From IMG/VR virus record IMGVR_UViG_3300044712_001462, positions 1 to 64,000 of that record: 64,000 nt of DNA; one strand, 5' to 3'. Shown here in pieces: positions 55,790 through 64,000 of this stretch; positions within the stretch are counted from its first letter, which is position 1; each line of letters begins with the position of its first letter. Made by a program: the position numbers and the translations under genes. The notes below the pieces were generated by a model. The model had not been told where the DNA came from. It made no database searches and saw only the letters and a program-made list of their open reading frames with translations.

Positions 55790-57304
55790 TTACTCGCAAG
55801 TAGTATCGATTAGGCGTACAGTGAGTGTTTCAGTGAGGTACGTGGTTCCGTTAACCGTGTCTGCGCTGTGCGCTCCAGATTCATAAGTACCGATGGCTTC
55901 GGACATACTGGAGGCTGAGATCGAATCCGAAGCTGGAGCCTCCATCCAGATAATCAAAGCGGTCCATGGTGGAACGATTTTAGGTAGGACGCTAGGCAGC
56001 AGCTTTCCTAAGAGCTCGGTGTCGACGACTCCGGTATTGATGCGAACACAGAAGGCGTGGAAGCGGAGAATGTTGGATACCAGGAACTCCAGAGGATTGA
56101 CGGTACTGGGCAGGCTAGCTGCGGTGGGCTCAGATACCGCTGCGGGACCCCTAATGTCGAGTAGATGTCCGAGAGTAGTGTCTGCTGCCATTCCGCGAGC
56201 ATGCACGTCGTTCCAGAATGCTCGAACGTCTGTATTTTGTCCCCCCAGCTCGAAGCTGACTTTGGTGTATCCATCAACATTCTCTTCTACGATTAACGGA
56301 ACGGACTCGTTACGGAATGTCAGGTTATCGGCATATCCCGAAATGAAACCGTTATCCAGTGCCAACGCATACAGATCGGCTGGGACTTCGCCGTGGTTCA
56401 ACTCATAGAACCGGAGTCCAGCTGTGAGCGATTGCCCGGCATATACCGTGTCACCCACATCAACAATGGGCTCATCTGATAAGTGAAACCGGTAAACGTG
56501 CTGATCGGTGGCAATGACCAGATAGTGGTTATCGCGCTGGATAAGCTCAACCGTTTCCTCATCTTCAACCACTAACGGTATACCGGTTAGCGCGGAAAGC
56601 GCCAGTTCAACTGGCTTTTTACTTGAGCCTTCCACAAGCGCGTCGAATACTGCGTTAATGGCGGCTGTGTAATGGTCGCTGCTTTCTGGCGCATACAGTG
56701 AGACAACGTAGCCAAAGTGTTTGCGCGCATACTCCCAATCAAACTGGCCCCGGAACAACCATAAGACGGCTTCATGATCTGTTAATTCTCCGTCCTCAAA
56801 GATCTCCCGACTCGAGACCAGGGCGTTGTTAAAGGGATTCTCGCGGAAAACAATCCGTTGTCTCTCTGTGTCGATCGTGAAATCTAGCCCTGACACCCAG
56901 CTCAAGGATGGCTCAGTGATTCTGTTAAAGAGACACGTAACGGCTTTGAGGTCTTCCGGAAGGGGAAAAGCGTAGAGGGGTCGGTCATAGGGGGTCCCGT
57001 AGGAGTAGGGCCCGCCGTAAACTCCTCCCTCGCCGTACCGAAGAGGATCGCTATCCTGATCCGACTCTTTGAGCGTCAGCATGTACCAGTTGTCGGTATG
57101 GTGCGTCCGGATTTCCAGACGGCACATCGCCTGCTGCGCCTCAGTCAGGTTCAAGGCGGACTGTTGCTCTTCCAGGGCCCGGGCTTCCACATACTGCTTT
57201 ACCAGGTCGTGACCAGCGTAGGTGTGCTGCCAATGACTACCCAGTAGCGAGATGAGAAAATCCGCTCGCTCAAGATCGTTGGAAGGATAGGTGTAAGTAG
57301 TCAT
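55790..57304 (-). CDS. baseplate wedge protein
   Basis: Directly downstream of baseplate J; FGYVV...Y..AINAVF..L..G, PKIVPPWT. Confidence 0.65.
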   Translation of the reverse strand: MTTYTYPSNDLERADFLISLLGSHWQHTYAGHDLVKQYVEARALEEQQSALNLTEAQQAMCRLEIRTHHTDNWYMLTLKESDQDSDPLRYGEGGVYGGPYSYGTPYDRPLYAFPLPEDLKAVTCLFNRITEPSLSWVSGLDFTIDTERQRIVFRENPFNNALVSSREIFEDGELTDHEAVLWLFRGQFDWEYARKHFGYVVSLYAPESSDHYTAAINAVFDALVEGSSKKPVELALSALTGIPLVVEDEETVELIQRDNHYLVIATDQHVYRFHLSDEPIVDVGDTVYAGQSLTAGLRFYELNHGEVPADLYALALDNGFISGYADNLTFRNESVPLIVEENVDGYTKVSFELGGQNTDVRAFWNDVHARGMAADTTLGHLLDIRGPAAVSEPTAASLPSTVNPLEFLVSNILRFHAFCVRINTGVVDTELLGKLLPSVLPKIVPPWTALIIWMEAPASDSISASSMSEAIGTYESGAHSADTVNGTTYLTETLTVRLIDTTCE

Positions 57305-57320
57305 GGAGATCCTAAGTTTG

Positions 57321-57335
57321 TAATAGCGCTATCTC
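57321..57335 (-). promoter_or_regulatory. conserved motif GAGATAGCGCTATTA (copy D)
   Basis: 15 bp identical to 9520-9534. Confidence 0.5.
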
Positions 57336-58992
57336 AAACCACGTCCATCGAGTTCACCGTCCGGGCGGAAATCGCAATGTCATCCCGAGACAAAACAAAG
57401 GTGACGGTGCGCGATGACACCATGTCGTCTGGCAGATAAGGGATGGTCAGCACTTCCGTACTACGGAGATTCTCGACAGTGTTATCCGGCTTCCGGATCT
57501 GCCCAAACATATCAATCTTGCTGACCGCCACTCGACCACTCAGGAAGTTGTGAATTCGATCGGCCAGTTCCGAAGCATAGAGCCGACCGCAGAACCCCAG
57601 TGAGTTCACATGATCAACGAGATCGTCTTTGATGGCTTCCGGATCGGGCAGGGCTTCACCCGCATAGCCTTCCAGCGAGAAAGACAAGCTGACAAAGCAA
57701 GGAATAGCCGCTTTGATCAGTACATCTCCCGCGTAGTTGCGGTACTCGCGGGAGTTCACAAAGGACTGAATGTCGTCCAGCAGAGGCATATAGCGCACGG
57801 TGACGGAGTAATCTTGTGTTGCCCACAAAGCTAGGCTGGAAGCATCGGTCAGCGTATCCACGAAACGAATGATTGCAGTCTGGTAGCGGCTGTAGACACC
57901 CTCGATCGGATCCTCGATGTCCGGAGTCAGCTCATTCGCTAGGGGCGCTAAGTCCGCTCCGCGCACGTCGTAAGTAATCTCGAACCCACCCGTGATCTCA
58001 CTGAGTGAAGGCGGCTGGATCGCAGTAATGTCGTAAAACCCAGGGGCGTCATCTCGAGAGATGGAAAACTGCCAGGTTCCGACTCCGTCTGGAGTAACTG
58101 AAACCAGCGCTGCAGTTTTAGTGAGCGCAACCTGCTGCGGCAAAGCCTGAGTACGCAGATACCAATCCGCTCTGCCCCCGTAAGACACAGGGAAGAGGGA
58201 GTGCTGATCGCGGATCATCTCGGCATCCCCGTAACCGATGATTGAGGAAGCGACAATCCCCGAAAAAGCCGGTTCGTTCTGTAGTAGCGCCAGCATGTTC
58301 ACCCGGTTCGACAGGGCTTTGCAGGCGATACCCGTCTGAAGCCGAGACAGCATTTCCGCGTTTGTTTCAGTATCCGTGCCATCGGCGAAGTCGCTCGTCG
58401 CGTAGGCCTTCACAAAGTTGACGATGGCGGAGCTGGGAATCAGCAGCGTGTTCTTTGTCAGCTGCGAGGCGCTCCCGACTTCCGCGGCGGTCACGGTAAT
58501 CGTAAAGGCATACGTACCGTCACCCAGAGAGGTGAGTACTTTATCCGTTGCTGACTGGGTGCTTCCGGAGGTTGTTCGAGCGACATAGGAAGCATTCGAG
58601 CGGTATTCTTTACCGTTCGCGGTAAACACAGCGCCATTTTCAACCGTTGTTGTAGCGAGAGCCGAAACAACGATGGTAACGCTACCCGTGGCTTTCTGAC
58701 CGGTTTGCCTGGTGACTCGGTAATTCGAGAGGACAGCATCTACTACGTCATCGTCAGCCAGCGTGGGATCTGCTTCGATCTCTAGGAGACTACTGGAGCG
58801 GCGGAGCTTATCGATGTTCTCCTGAGTACCTGCAGCTAACAGCGAGCTGTAGTGCAGTAGCAAATCGTGGAGCACACCGCGCTTCAGGTCGAGGGCGGGA
58901 TTCGCCTCTTGCAGTAACTGAGCCAGTGTCTCGCGGATCTGCTCAACGCTGGTAGTCGAAAGTTCAGAGAGGCTACTGATCTCTAAAGCCAT
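57334..58992 (-). CDS. baseplate J-like wedge protein
   Basis: NP.LDL..G.L.DLL, RVTR.TG.KATG.V, GTDTETNAEM..R, GGRADWY. Confidence 0.85.
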   Translation of the reverse strand: MALEISSLSELSTTSVEQIRETLAQLLQEANPALDLKRGVLHDLLLHYSSLLAAGTQENIDKLRRSSSLLEIEADPTLADDDVVDAVLSNYRVTRQTGQKATGSVTIVVSALATTTVENGAVFTANGKEYRSNASYVARTTSGSTQSATDKVLTSLGDGTYAFTITVTAAEVGSASQLTKNTLLIPSSAIVNFVKAYATSDFADGTDTETNAEMLSRLQTGIACKALSNRVNMLALLQNEPAFSGIVASSIIGYGDAEMIRDQHSLFPVSYGGRADWYLRTQALPQQVALTKTAALVSVTPDGVGTWQFSISRDDAPGFYDITAIQPPSLSEITGGFEITYDVRGADLAPLANELTPDIEDPIEGVYSRYQTAIIRFVDTLTDASSLALWATQDYSVTVRYMPLLDDIQSFVNSREYRNYAGDVLIKAAIPCFVSLSFSLEGYAGEALPDPEAIKDDLVDHVNSLGFCGRLYASELADRIHNFLSGRVAVSKIDMFGQIRKPDNTVENLRSTEVLTIPYLPDDMVSSRTVTFVLSRDDIAISARTVNSMDVV

Positions 58993-58999
58993 AATCTTC

Positions 59000-59467
59000 T
59001 CACAGTACGACGTTTAAGGGGGCAATGACTTCGCGATCAGTTCCAGCGCTGCTGGTGATGCGTACCGTAATCGATGCGTTACCGGGAGCAAATGTTACAT
59101 TGACAACTTCAGCCTCTTCAAAACGTTCATCCAGAGGATCGTAAGACGTTTCCTCGTCTTGGAGATTGCGTTTGATATCCACGAGAGCCGAAGAGAAGGA
59201 AGCCATGACGTCAAAGGAATTGCCAAACATCCCGAGCCGAGCATCCGTCATAAACAGACAGCCTCGGTTGGGCAGATAAGCGATAGAGCCCGCCTCGGTA
59301 AGCAGCTCCAGCAAAAACCGCTGAGCTAACTTTTGAATACCCGTACAGATCTGTCCGTTGTTGGAGGACTGCACCAGTTCCTGAGTGGTCAGCACTTCAC
59401 CTACGGCAGGCGCATCTTGGTAAGCCAGCAGATCGATTGTGCGGTCTACATACTGGGCAACACTCAT
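59000..59467 (-). CDS. gp25/GpW-like baseplate wedge subunit
   Basis: TGIQKLAQRFL.ELLT..GS..Y.P.RG; next to baseplate J. Confidence 0.75.
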   Translation of the reverse strand: MSVAQYVDRTIDLLAYQDAPAVGEVLTTQELVQSSNNGQICTGIQKLAQRFLLELLTEAGSIAYLPNRGCLFMTDARLGMFGNSFDVMASFSSALVDIKRNLQDEETSYDPLDERFEEAEVVNVTFAPGNASITVRITSSAGTDREVIAPLNVVL

Positions 59468-59964
59468 GAGACCACCTGCTGATTCTTACTCGCCTGGAGC
59501 ACACTTTCGACGTGCCGGAGGAGACCTTTCTGGAGTGTACCGTTGACGTGAGCGTGTCCGCGGCGACGACCTAGTGCATGAAACCAAGCCCGCACCGGCG
59601 TACTGTGCCGGGAACGGAAAGCACGCTCCATGGTGGCCATCCAGTCACCCTGCAGACTGATCGCCATCAAGTCGCCGCTGGTGCCAGGAGCCGCCGGGTC
59701 AATGACCTTCAGGAAGTCCTGCTCGATGGCCTCTCGATCAAAGGCTTTACTCATATCTTCGAGATTAAACAGGCTGCCATCCCAGGCTTCCCACCCGTCG
59801 GCGCGCGTAATGTCTTCGTAAGCCTCGCCGTTGCCGACTTCAGGCTGTTTGGGATCTGCGTGCTCAAGGATCGCTTTGACCTGATTGTCAGCCGTATGCT
59901 GGAGGGCCTCGATCCCTTGCTTCTGGAAGGTCTGGCGAATTTCACTAACTGACTTTGCGGTCAC
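59464..59964 (-). CDS. hypothetical protein
   Basis: 166-aa ORF coupled by overlaps. Confidence 0.7.
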   Translation of the reverse strand: MTAKSVSEIRQTFQKQGIEALQHTADNQVKAILEHADPKQPEVGNGEAYEDITRADGWEAWDGSLFNLEDMSKAFDREAIEQDFLKVIDPAAPGTSGDLMAISLQGDWMATMERAFRSRHSTPVRAWFHALGRRRGHAHVNGTLQKGLLRHVESVLQASKNQQVVS

Positions 59965-60710
59965 TAGAAGTTCCCTCCCAGCTCTTGCATCTCATCGAGC
60001 TGCTGCTGAATACGTTGTTTCCGCTGGGTAATCGCTCCAGGAGTTAGTCGGAGACGTCTGGCAATTTCTTTGTTGGGCAGCATAGGGCTGTTATTCAGGC
60101 CCATAGTCCACTCCAGAATTTTCTGGTTGGTGGGATCCAGGTCGTAATACAGCACTTCGGCCCAGTTGCTGTCTTGGGTGGGGTTCACAGCCATGTTAGC
60201 TGAGTCCCCTTGGGTGTTCTTAGCGTAGACACCCTCGGAGAGCGCCATCTGGGAGTTAAGTGCTCTGTTAATGCGCTTTACCGAGAAGCCGGTATAGTCC
60301 GCCAGCTCTGCCGTGGAAGGAGCTCGGCCCATATCGTCTTCGAGTTCTTGGGACAGACGTTCAATCTGTTGCCGGTCATAGGACAGGCGCTCAGGGACAG
60401 CAATGATATCTGTTTGTTTCCGGTTGATGCGCTTGAGCCCTTGGAGCGAATTCACCACATGAGTGCCCAGCTTGGCTTTTGTGGGGTCGTAATTCTTCAG
60501 CGACTGCAGCGCCAGCTTCCGGGCCCGGCTTTTCAGTAACGGGTTATCTGCCCCTACATGAGCAAACACACCACGCCGAATCTCAGGCTCGATCGCTCGC
60601 AGCAGATTTCCGGTATTCGCCTTATCCGGCTGGGCTTGCCACATGCGGAACGGCTCGGCATAGCTCGCTTCGAGCTTGTTATCCGCTTCGGGGTCAAGAA
60701 AGGGCATCAT
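59964..60710 (-). CDS. sigma-70-family (FliA/sigma28-like) RNA polymerase sigma factor
   Basis: YDPTK.KLGTHV (region 2), GRAPSTAELAD (region 3), NKEIARRLRLTPGAITQ HTH (region 4); ATGA overlap at 60710. Confidence 0.88.
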   Translation of the reverse strand: MMPFLDPEADNKLEASYAEPFRMWQAQPDKANTGNLLRAIEPEIRRGVFAHVGADNPLLKSRARKLALQSLKNYDPTKAKLGTHVVNSLQGLKRINRKQTDIIAVPERLSYDRQQIERLSQELEDDMGRAPSTAELADYTGFSVKRINRALNSQMALSEGVYAKNTQGDSANMAVNPTQDSNWAEVLYYDLDPTNQKILEWTMGLNNSPMLPNKEIARRLRLTPGAITQRKQRIQQQLDEMQELGGNF

Positions 60711-62470
60711 GCATCTCCAAAACAGCAATCCGTGCCTTCCTCCGCAAAGGCCAGATCTGGCACAAGCGGCGCACCCAAAAAGAGGGTGGTATAGAGCGGG
60801 TGGTGCTCAATGGAAGTTAAATCACTCTTATTTTCCGCTTCTGACCGGACATGTTTCAATGTGAAACCAGTTCCGGCCTTCCCAGACTCGGCATTGATGT
60901 CGATGGAAACACTGACCACGCAGCCCACAAACACACCGGCCAGATCGTCTTGGTCTTCTTCCGCATGCTGCTCACCGGCTACTTCGACCTTCACCGTGGA
61001 GCCTGGAGCGATATCAAAGCGCAGCTTCCCGGCTACGTTACCTTCTCTGCCGCGCAGAGCCTCCAGGACATAGAAGGCTTGAGCGTACCGGTCATACATG
61101 TGCTTGACTGAGAGAAAGACGTCTGCGGGCTTCGTGCCTTTCTCGTGACCTTTGATTTCCTCTTTGGGCTCACCATCAATGGGTGTGGTTGCCGTGCTGA
61201 TTTCGACTTCGGCTTTGGTTCCGGAAGTCTTTTCCGCGGAATACGGGATAGAAGATACGTTGTAGAGCCAGGCTGGCGCGTCGACGAACAACACCATGCC
61301 GTCCTGAACAGTGGCATCCGCTGGGGCGAAACAGCCACCCAGTCCCATGATGCCTGCCGCCTTGGCATCTTCACCTTCACCTGTCATGAGCCCGGCATCG
61401 GATTCCAGCCCAGACCAGACTCCGATGGCGCGGAGAGGTCGGTTAATGGTAGCAGGTAAGCGAATGAAGTCGTAATCGTTGATGCTGATGACTTTGCAGT
61501 AGGTGTCCCGGGTTCCGCAGCAGAGCGGTACAACCAGCGCATGCTCGGCTTGGGGGATCACCGAGAAGAAGAAGGTGGAACCATAGCTGAGGAGCTTTGT
61601 CCAGGCAGTCTGACCGGCAAACGAACCTACCATGTCTCGACCCACCAGCTCTTGTACCGCTTCCGCAACTTCAAAGGGTACGAACTTTCCCTCTTCGGCT
61701 GGTGAGAAGGAAAGTTTGGGAGTGTAGCAGGAGTAGGCCAGATCGGTGTCTTTACGGTCACTGACCCCTTCGATCTTCTTCAGGGCCTGTAAAGCCAACT
61801 TGTTATACCCTTCCAGCTCACCCAGGCAGTCAAAGGTCTCTGTCGCAAACTGCACGTGTTTTTCTTCCGCCATCCGACAGAAGATCGGCTTCAGAGCTTG
61901 TCCCCAGAAGTCGTCCGCTACCGTGTCCACGGTGATTACATTACAGAGGTCGGACTGGTAAAGCATGTAGATGCCATCCCCGTCACCGCTGGCCCCTTCA
62001 CCTTCCTCGCTATCTGATGTGGAGGCAGGATTCACGATCGCCTGAAAGGTGTACTTCGTGTTGTTGGTAACGTGGCTGTATTTGGAGATCGCGGAGGTGC
62101 AGTCCAGGTCGTACAGCCAGTGCATGATATTCACGGAGTACTGCACGTTGCCGCCTGACTTCTGGAAACCGGTGCCGGTGATGTAACCCTCGAAGATGAC
62201 GGTTTCTTTGTCAGGCCAGGCGATGTTTGGGCTGTATTCCCCGTAGCCGCGGAAGTACACCTTGCACCGGGTACCCTTTTTGAGCTTCGAGAGCTGGGTA
62301 TGGACCTTACTCGACTTATTACCAGCTAGAGCTTCCCGGCCGATCTCCAAAATACAACTAGCCTGTGGGATCTGGTTGAGCGTAAAGACAGCTCCAAAGT
62401 GGGCCACTCGGAAGCGAGTCGACTCCACCTCTAACGTCACATCAAGTTCGGAGCTGGCATAGAACGTCAT
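60707..62470 (-). CDS. baseplate hub / tail (gp27/VgrG-like) protein
   Basis: FTLNQIP.A, IFEGYITG, GKLRFDIAPGS.V...G.V.SV; start MTFYAS via ATGA overlap. Confidence 0.65.
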   Translation of the reverse strand: MTFYASSELDVTLEVESTRFRVAHFGAVFTLNQIPQASCILEIGREALAGNKSSKVHTQLSKLKKGTRCKVYFRGYGEYSPNIAWPDKETVIFEGYITGTGFQKSGGNVQYSVNIMHWLYDLDCTSAISKYSHVTNNTKYTFQAIVNPASTSDSEEGEGASGDGDGIYMLYQSDLCNVITVDTVADDFWGQALKPIFCRMAEEKHVQFATETFDCLGELEGYNKLALQALKKIEGVSDRKDTDLAYSCYTPKLSFSPAEEGKFVPFEVAEAVQELVGRDMVGSFAGQTAWTKLLSYGSTFFFSVIPQAEHALVVPLCCGTRDTYCKVISINDYDFIRLPATINRPLRAIGVWSGLESDAGLMTGEGEDAKAAGIMGLGGCFAPADATVQDGMVLFVDAPAWLYNVSSIPYSAEKTSGTKAEVEISTATTPIDGEPKEEIKGHEKGTKPADVFLSVKHMYDRYAQAFYVLEALRGREGNVAGKLRFDIAPGSTVKVEVAGEQHAEEDQDDLAGVFVGCVVSVSIDINAESGKAGTGFTLKHVRSEAENKSDLTSIEHHPLYTTLFLGAPLVPDLAFAEEGTDCCFGDA

Positions 62471-63270
62471 AGCAAGTCCGTATGGTAAATAAGCGCCAAC
62501 AGTAGGCCACCCAGGCAATACGGTAGCTCTTTACGCTGTTCCCAGAGATTACGGAAGGTGGTAAATGGCTCTGATGATCCAGCCGAAGTACCAGTGAGAA
62601 ACAACGTGGTGAACGTCTCAGTGCCCAGTGTTCGGAGCGTAGCCGCTAAAGTTCCCAAGTCGTATTGGGGACGGATCGTGTGCTGAATGTGATAACTAAG
62701 ACCGGCTGTGTCGCGCACCTGTACAAATAGACTTGAACCGGGTAATTGAACGGGCTGACTGAGTTGATTGGTAAATGTCAGGTCTACGGTGGTTGTGCGT
62801 GCAGGATTTGCGGAGGTTATGTCGAGCTGGCTGGAGCCGTTGATCAGGATCCACCAATCTCGGCGCATATGACCCGTCACGTCAGGAAAATCGGGCCGGT
62901 TCTCATCCCAGGTCACAGCGATGTCAGTCAGATCACTGGGGGAGTAACTTCCCATCAGTGTTGCTACAGGTTTGAAGCGCGTACTCGAGAGTGACTCTGT
63001 ACTGGTGAAGTCGTAAGTGATACGGCTATCCAGAGCGGTGATGAAGCTCTCTAGTTCCGTGCGATGGAGCAGTGAGAGGAGCTGTCGGCAGCGGTAGTTC
63101 AGCATCGCCCGATCAGGATTCGCACCAAACAACACCCGGCGGATGTTCTGTAAACCCTGAGGAAGTACTTTGGGCTGATACGTGGCGGGAATGATTTCCT
63201 CGCCCAGTTCTGGGTTCAAGGAAGCAGCTCCCGGGATGTTCATCAACAATGTGCGAGCGTGATTGATCAT
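62467..63270 (-). CDS. virion structural protein
   Basis: MINHARTLLMN...LDSRITY; tail module. Confidence 0.7.
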   Translation of the reverse strand: MINHARTLLMNIPGAASLNPELGEEIIPATYQPKVLPQGLQNIRRVLFGANPDRAMLNYRCRQLLSLLHRTELESFITALDSRITYDFTSTESLSSTRFKPVATLMGSYSPSDLTDIAVTWDENRPDFPDVTGHMRRDWWILINGSSQLDITSANPARTTTVDLTFTNQLSQPVQLPGSSLFVQVRDTAGLSYHIQHTIRPQYDLGTLAATLRTLGTETFTTLFLTGTSAGSSEPFTTFRNLWEQRKELPYCLGGLLLALIYHTDLL

Positions 63271-63986
63271 GGGGCTACTGTGCGCGTAAGTGTTGTATTG
63301 GGCCCGGTACCATAAGCGGAATAGCCGCTACCCGCTGGAACCGCCACGGTGACATCGGTCGAGGTGATGGCTCCCCCGGAATCTACTGAGACAAGTCCCA
63401 TACTCGGATCTGGTGTGGGAAAATCTCCAATCATCCCTGAGCCTGGAGCCGGTGTTCCGGTTGCCGGAGTGGTGGTACCGGAACCGGCAGCTGGGCTATC
63501 TGCTAAAGATTTCCGTTTCTTCGGGAAGGGAATCAGCGCCAGCTTGTAACTGAATTCCCAAATGCGAGACTTGGGATCCGCGATCTGACAAGTCATTCCC
63601 ACCAGGTACGTCACAAACGTCGAAGCCACACCCAGAGTGATCTTGAGTGGCATGGCCCGATTCGAAGCGCGGTTCTGGTTGTAATACTGCATGACATGCT
63701 CGACACCGATCAACCCGGCTGAGTTGTCGCAGGTACTGTCGAATGCCAAGCCGTTTAGCGAGAACGTGCCTACGCGATCTCCAAACACATACACGTAGAT
63801 GTTGCCACCCATGGTGTGAAGGAATTGAAGATTCGTCTGGGCCGAAAGCATGGCGGAAGTAATGACTGACTTCTGTACCAGGTACCCGTCCCAGTCTTCC
63901 AGACGAATCAGGGTACGAGCTGGAATCGTGGGGTCGGTAAAGGCTGCGATCTGTCCGACCTGACGGCTAAAAAAAGTGATTGCCAT
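63267..63986 (-). CDS. tail tube initiator-like structural protein
   Basis: QFLHT.G..YVYVFGDR.G..SLNG; start MAITFF via TAATG overlap. Confidence 0.6.
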   Translation of the reverse strand: MAITFFSRQVGQIAAFTDPTIPARTLIRLEDWDGYLVQKSVITSAMLSAQTNLQFLHTMGGNIYVYVFGDRVGTFSLNGLAFDSTCDNSAGLIGVEHVMQYYNQNRASNRAMPLKITLGVASTFVTYLVGMTCQIADPKSRIWEFSYKLALIPFPKKRKSLADSPAAGSGTTTPATGTPAPGSGMIGDFPTPDPSMGLVSVDSGGAITSTDVTVAVPAGSGYSAYGTGPNTTLTRTVAP

Positions 63987-64000
63987 TAACACATCCCTGC

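Noticed and set aside
1-64000. Alternative genetic code (stop-codon reassignment) as in some large phages
   Set aside because: Long genes are intact in the standard code and TAA, TAG and TGA all end genes at tight junctions.
1-64000. tRNA genes (expected given Thg1)
   Set aside because: No cloverleaf with a T-loop GTTCRA and matching acceptor stem seen in the intergenic gaps; tRNAscan-SE would be decisive.

Overview
This is a 64-kb fragment of a large tailed dsDNA phage, probably jumbo-class, with a contractile (myovirus-type) baseplate. Nearly all genes lie on the minus strand. Left to right: (i) 1-7 kb, a recombination/replication operon (SF2 helicase, SbcC/Rad50, SbcD/Mre11) that also holds two adjacent putative RNA-binding scaffolds, a stand-alone RAMP/Cas7-like protein and an IS110/Nop (Tas-like) protein lacking obvious catalytic residues. 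This is the strongest candidate for an undescribed system, but no guide array is visible in the window. (ii) 7-8.5 kb, host-takeover regulators (acidic protein, CsrA, stand-alone RNAP alpha-CTD). (iii) 8.5-27 kb, about 50 small, tightly overlapping accessory genes including Thg1 and RNase H, split at 19.35-19.94 kb by a non-coding region with a perfect 79-bp direct repeat, hairpins and an apparent GC-skew switch (candidate origin). (iv) 27-39 kb, large terminase, HNH endonuclease, PhoH, a degenerate primase-helicase-like protein and a GP88-like protein. (v) 39-43 kb, four glycosyltransferases next to a mucin-like fibre. (vi) 43-64 kb, a family of paralogous Cys-rich fibre/baseplate proteins, baseplate J, a gp25-like wedge, a hub protein and an embedded sigma factor. 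A Planctomycetota-like host is a weak inference from CsrA plus the solo alpha-CTD. No tRNA, rRNA or CRISPR array was seen. All family assignments come from motif recognition by eye, not database searches. Some starts were re-chosen from RBS and overlap patterns.
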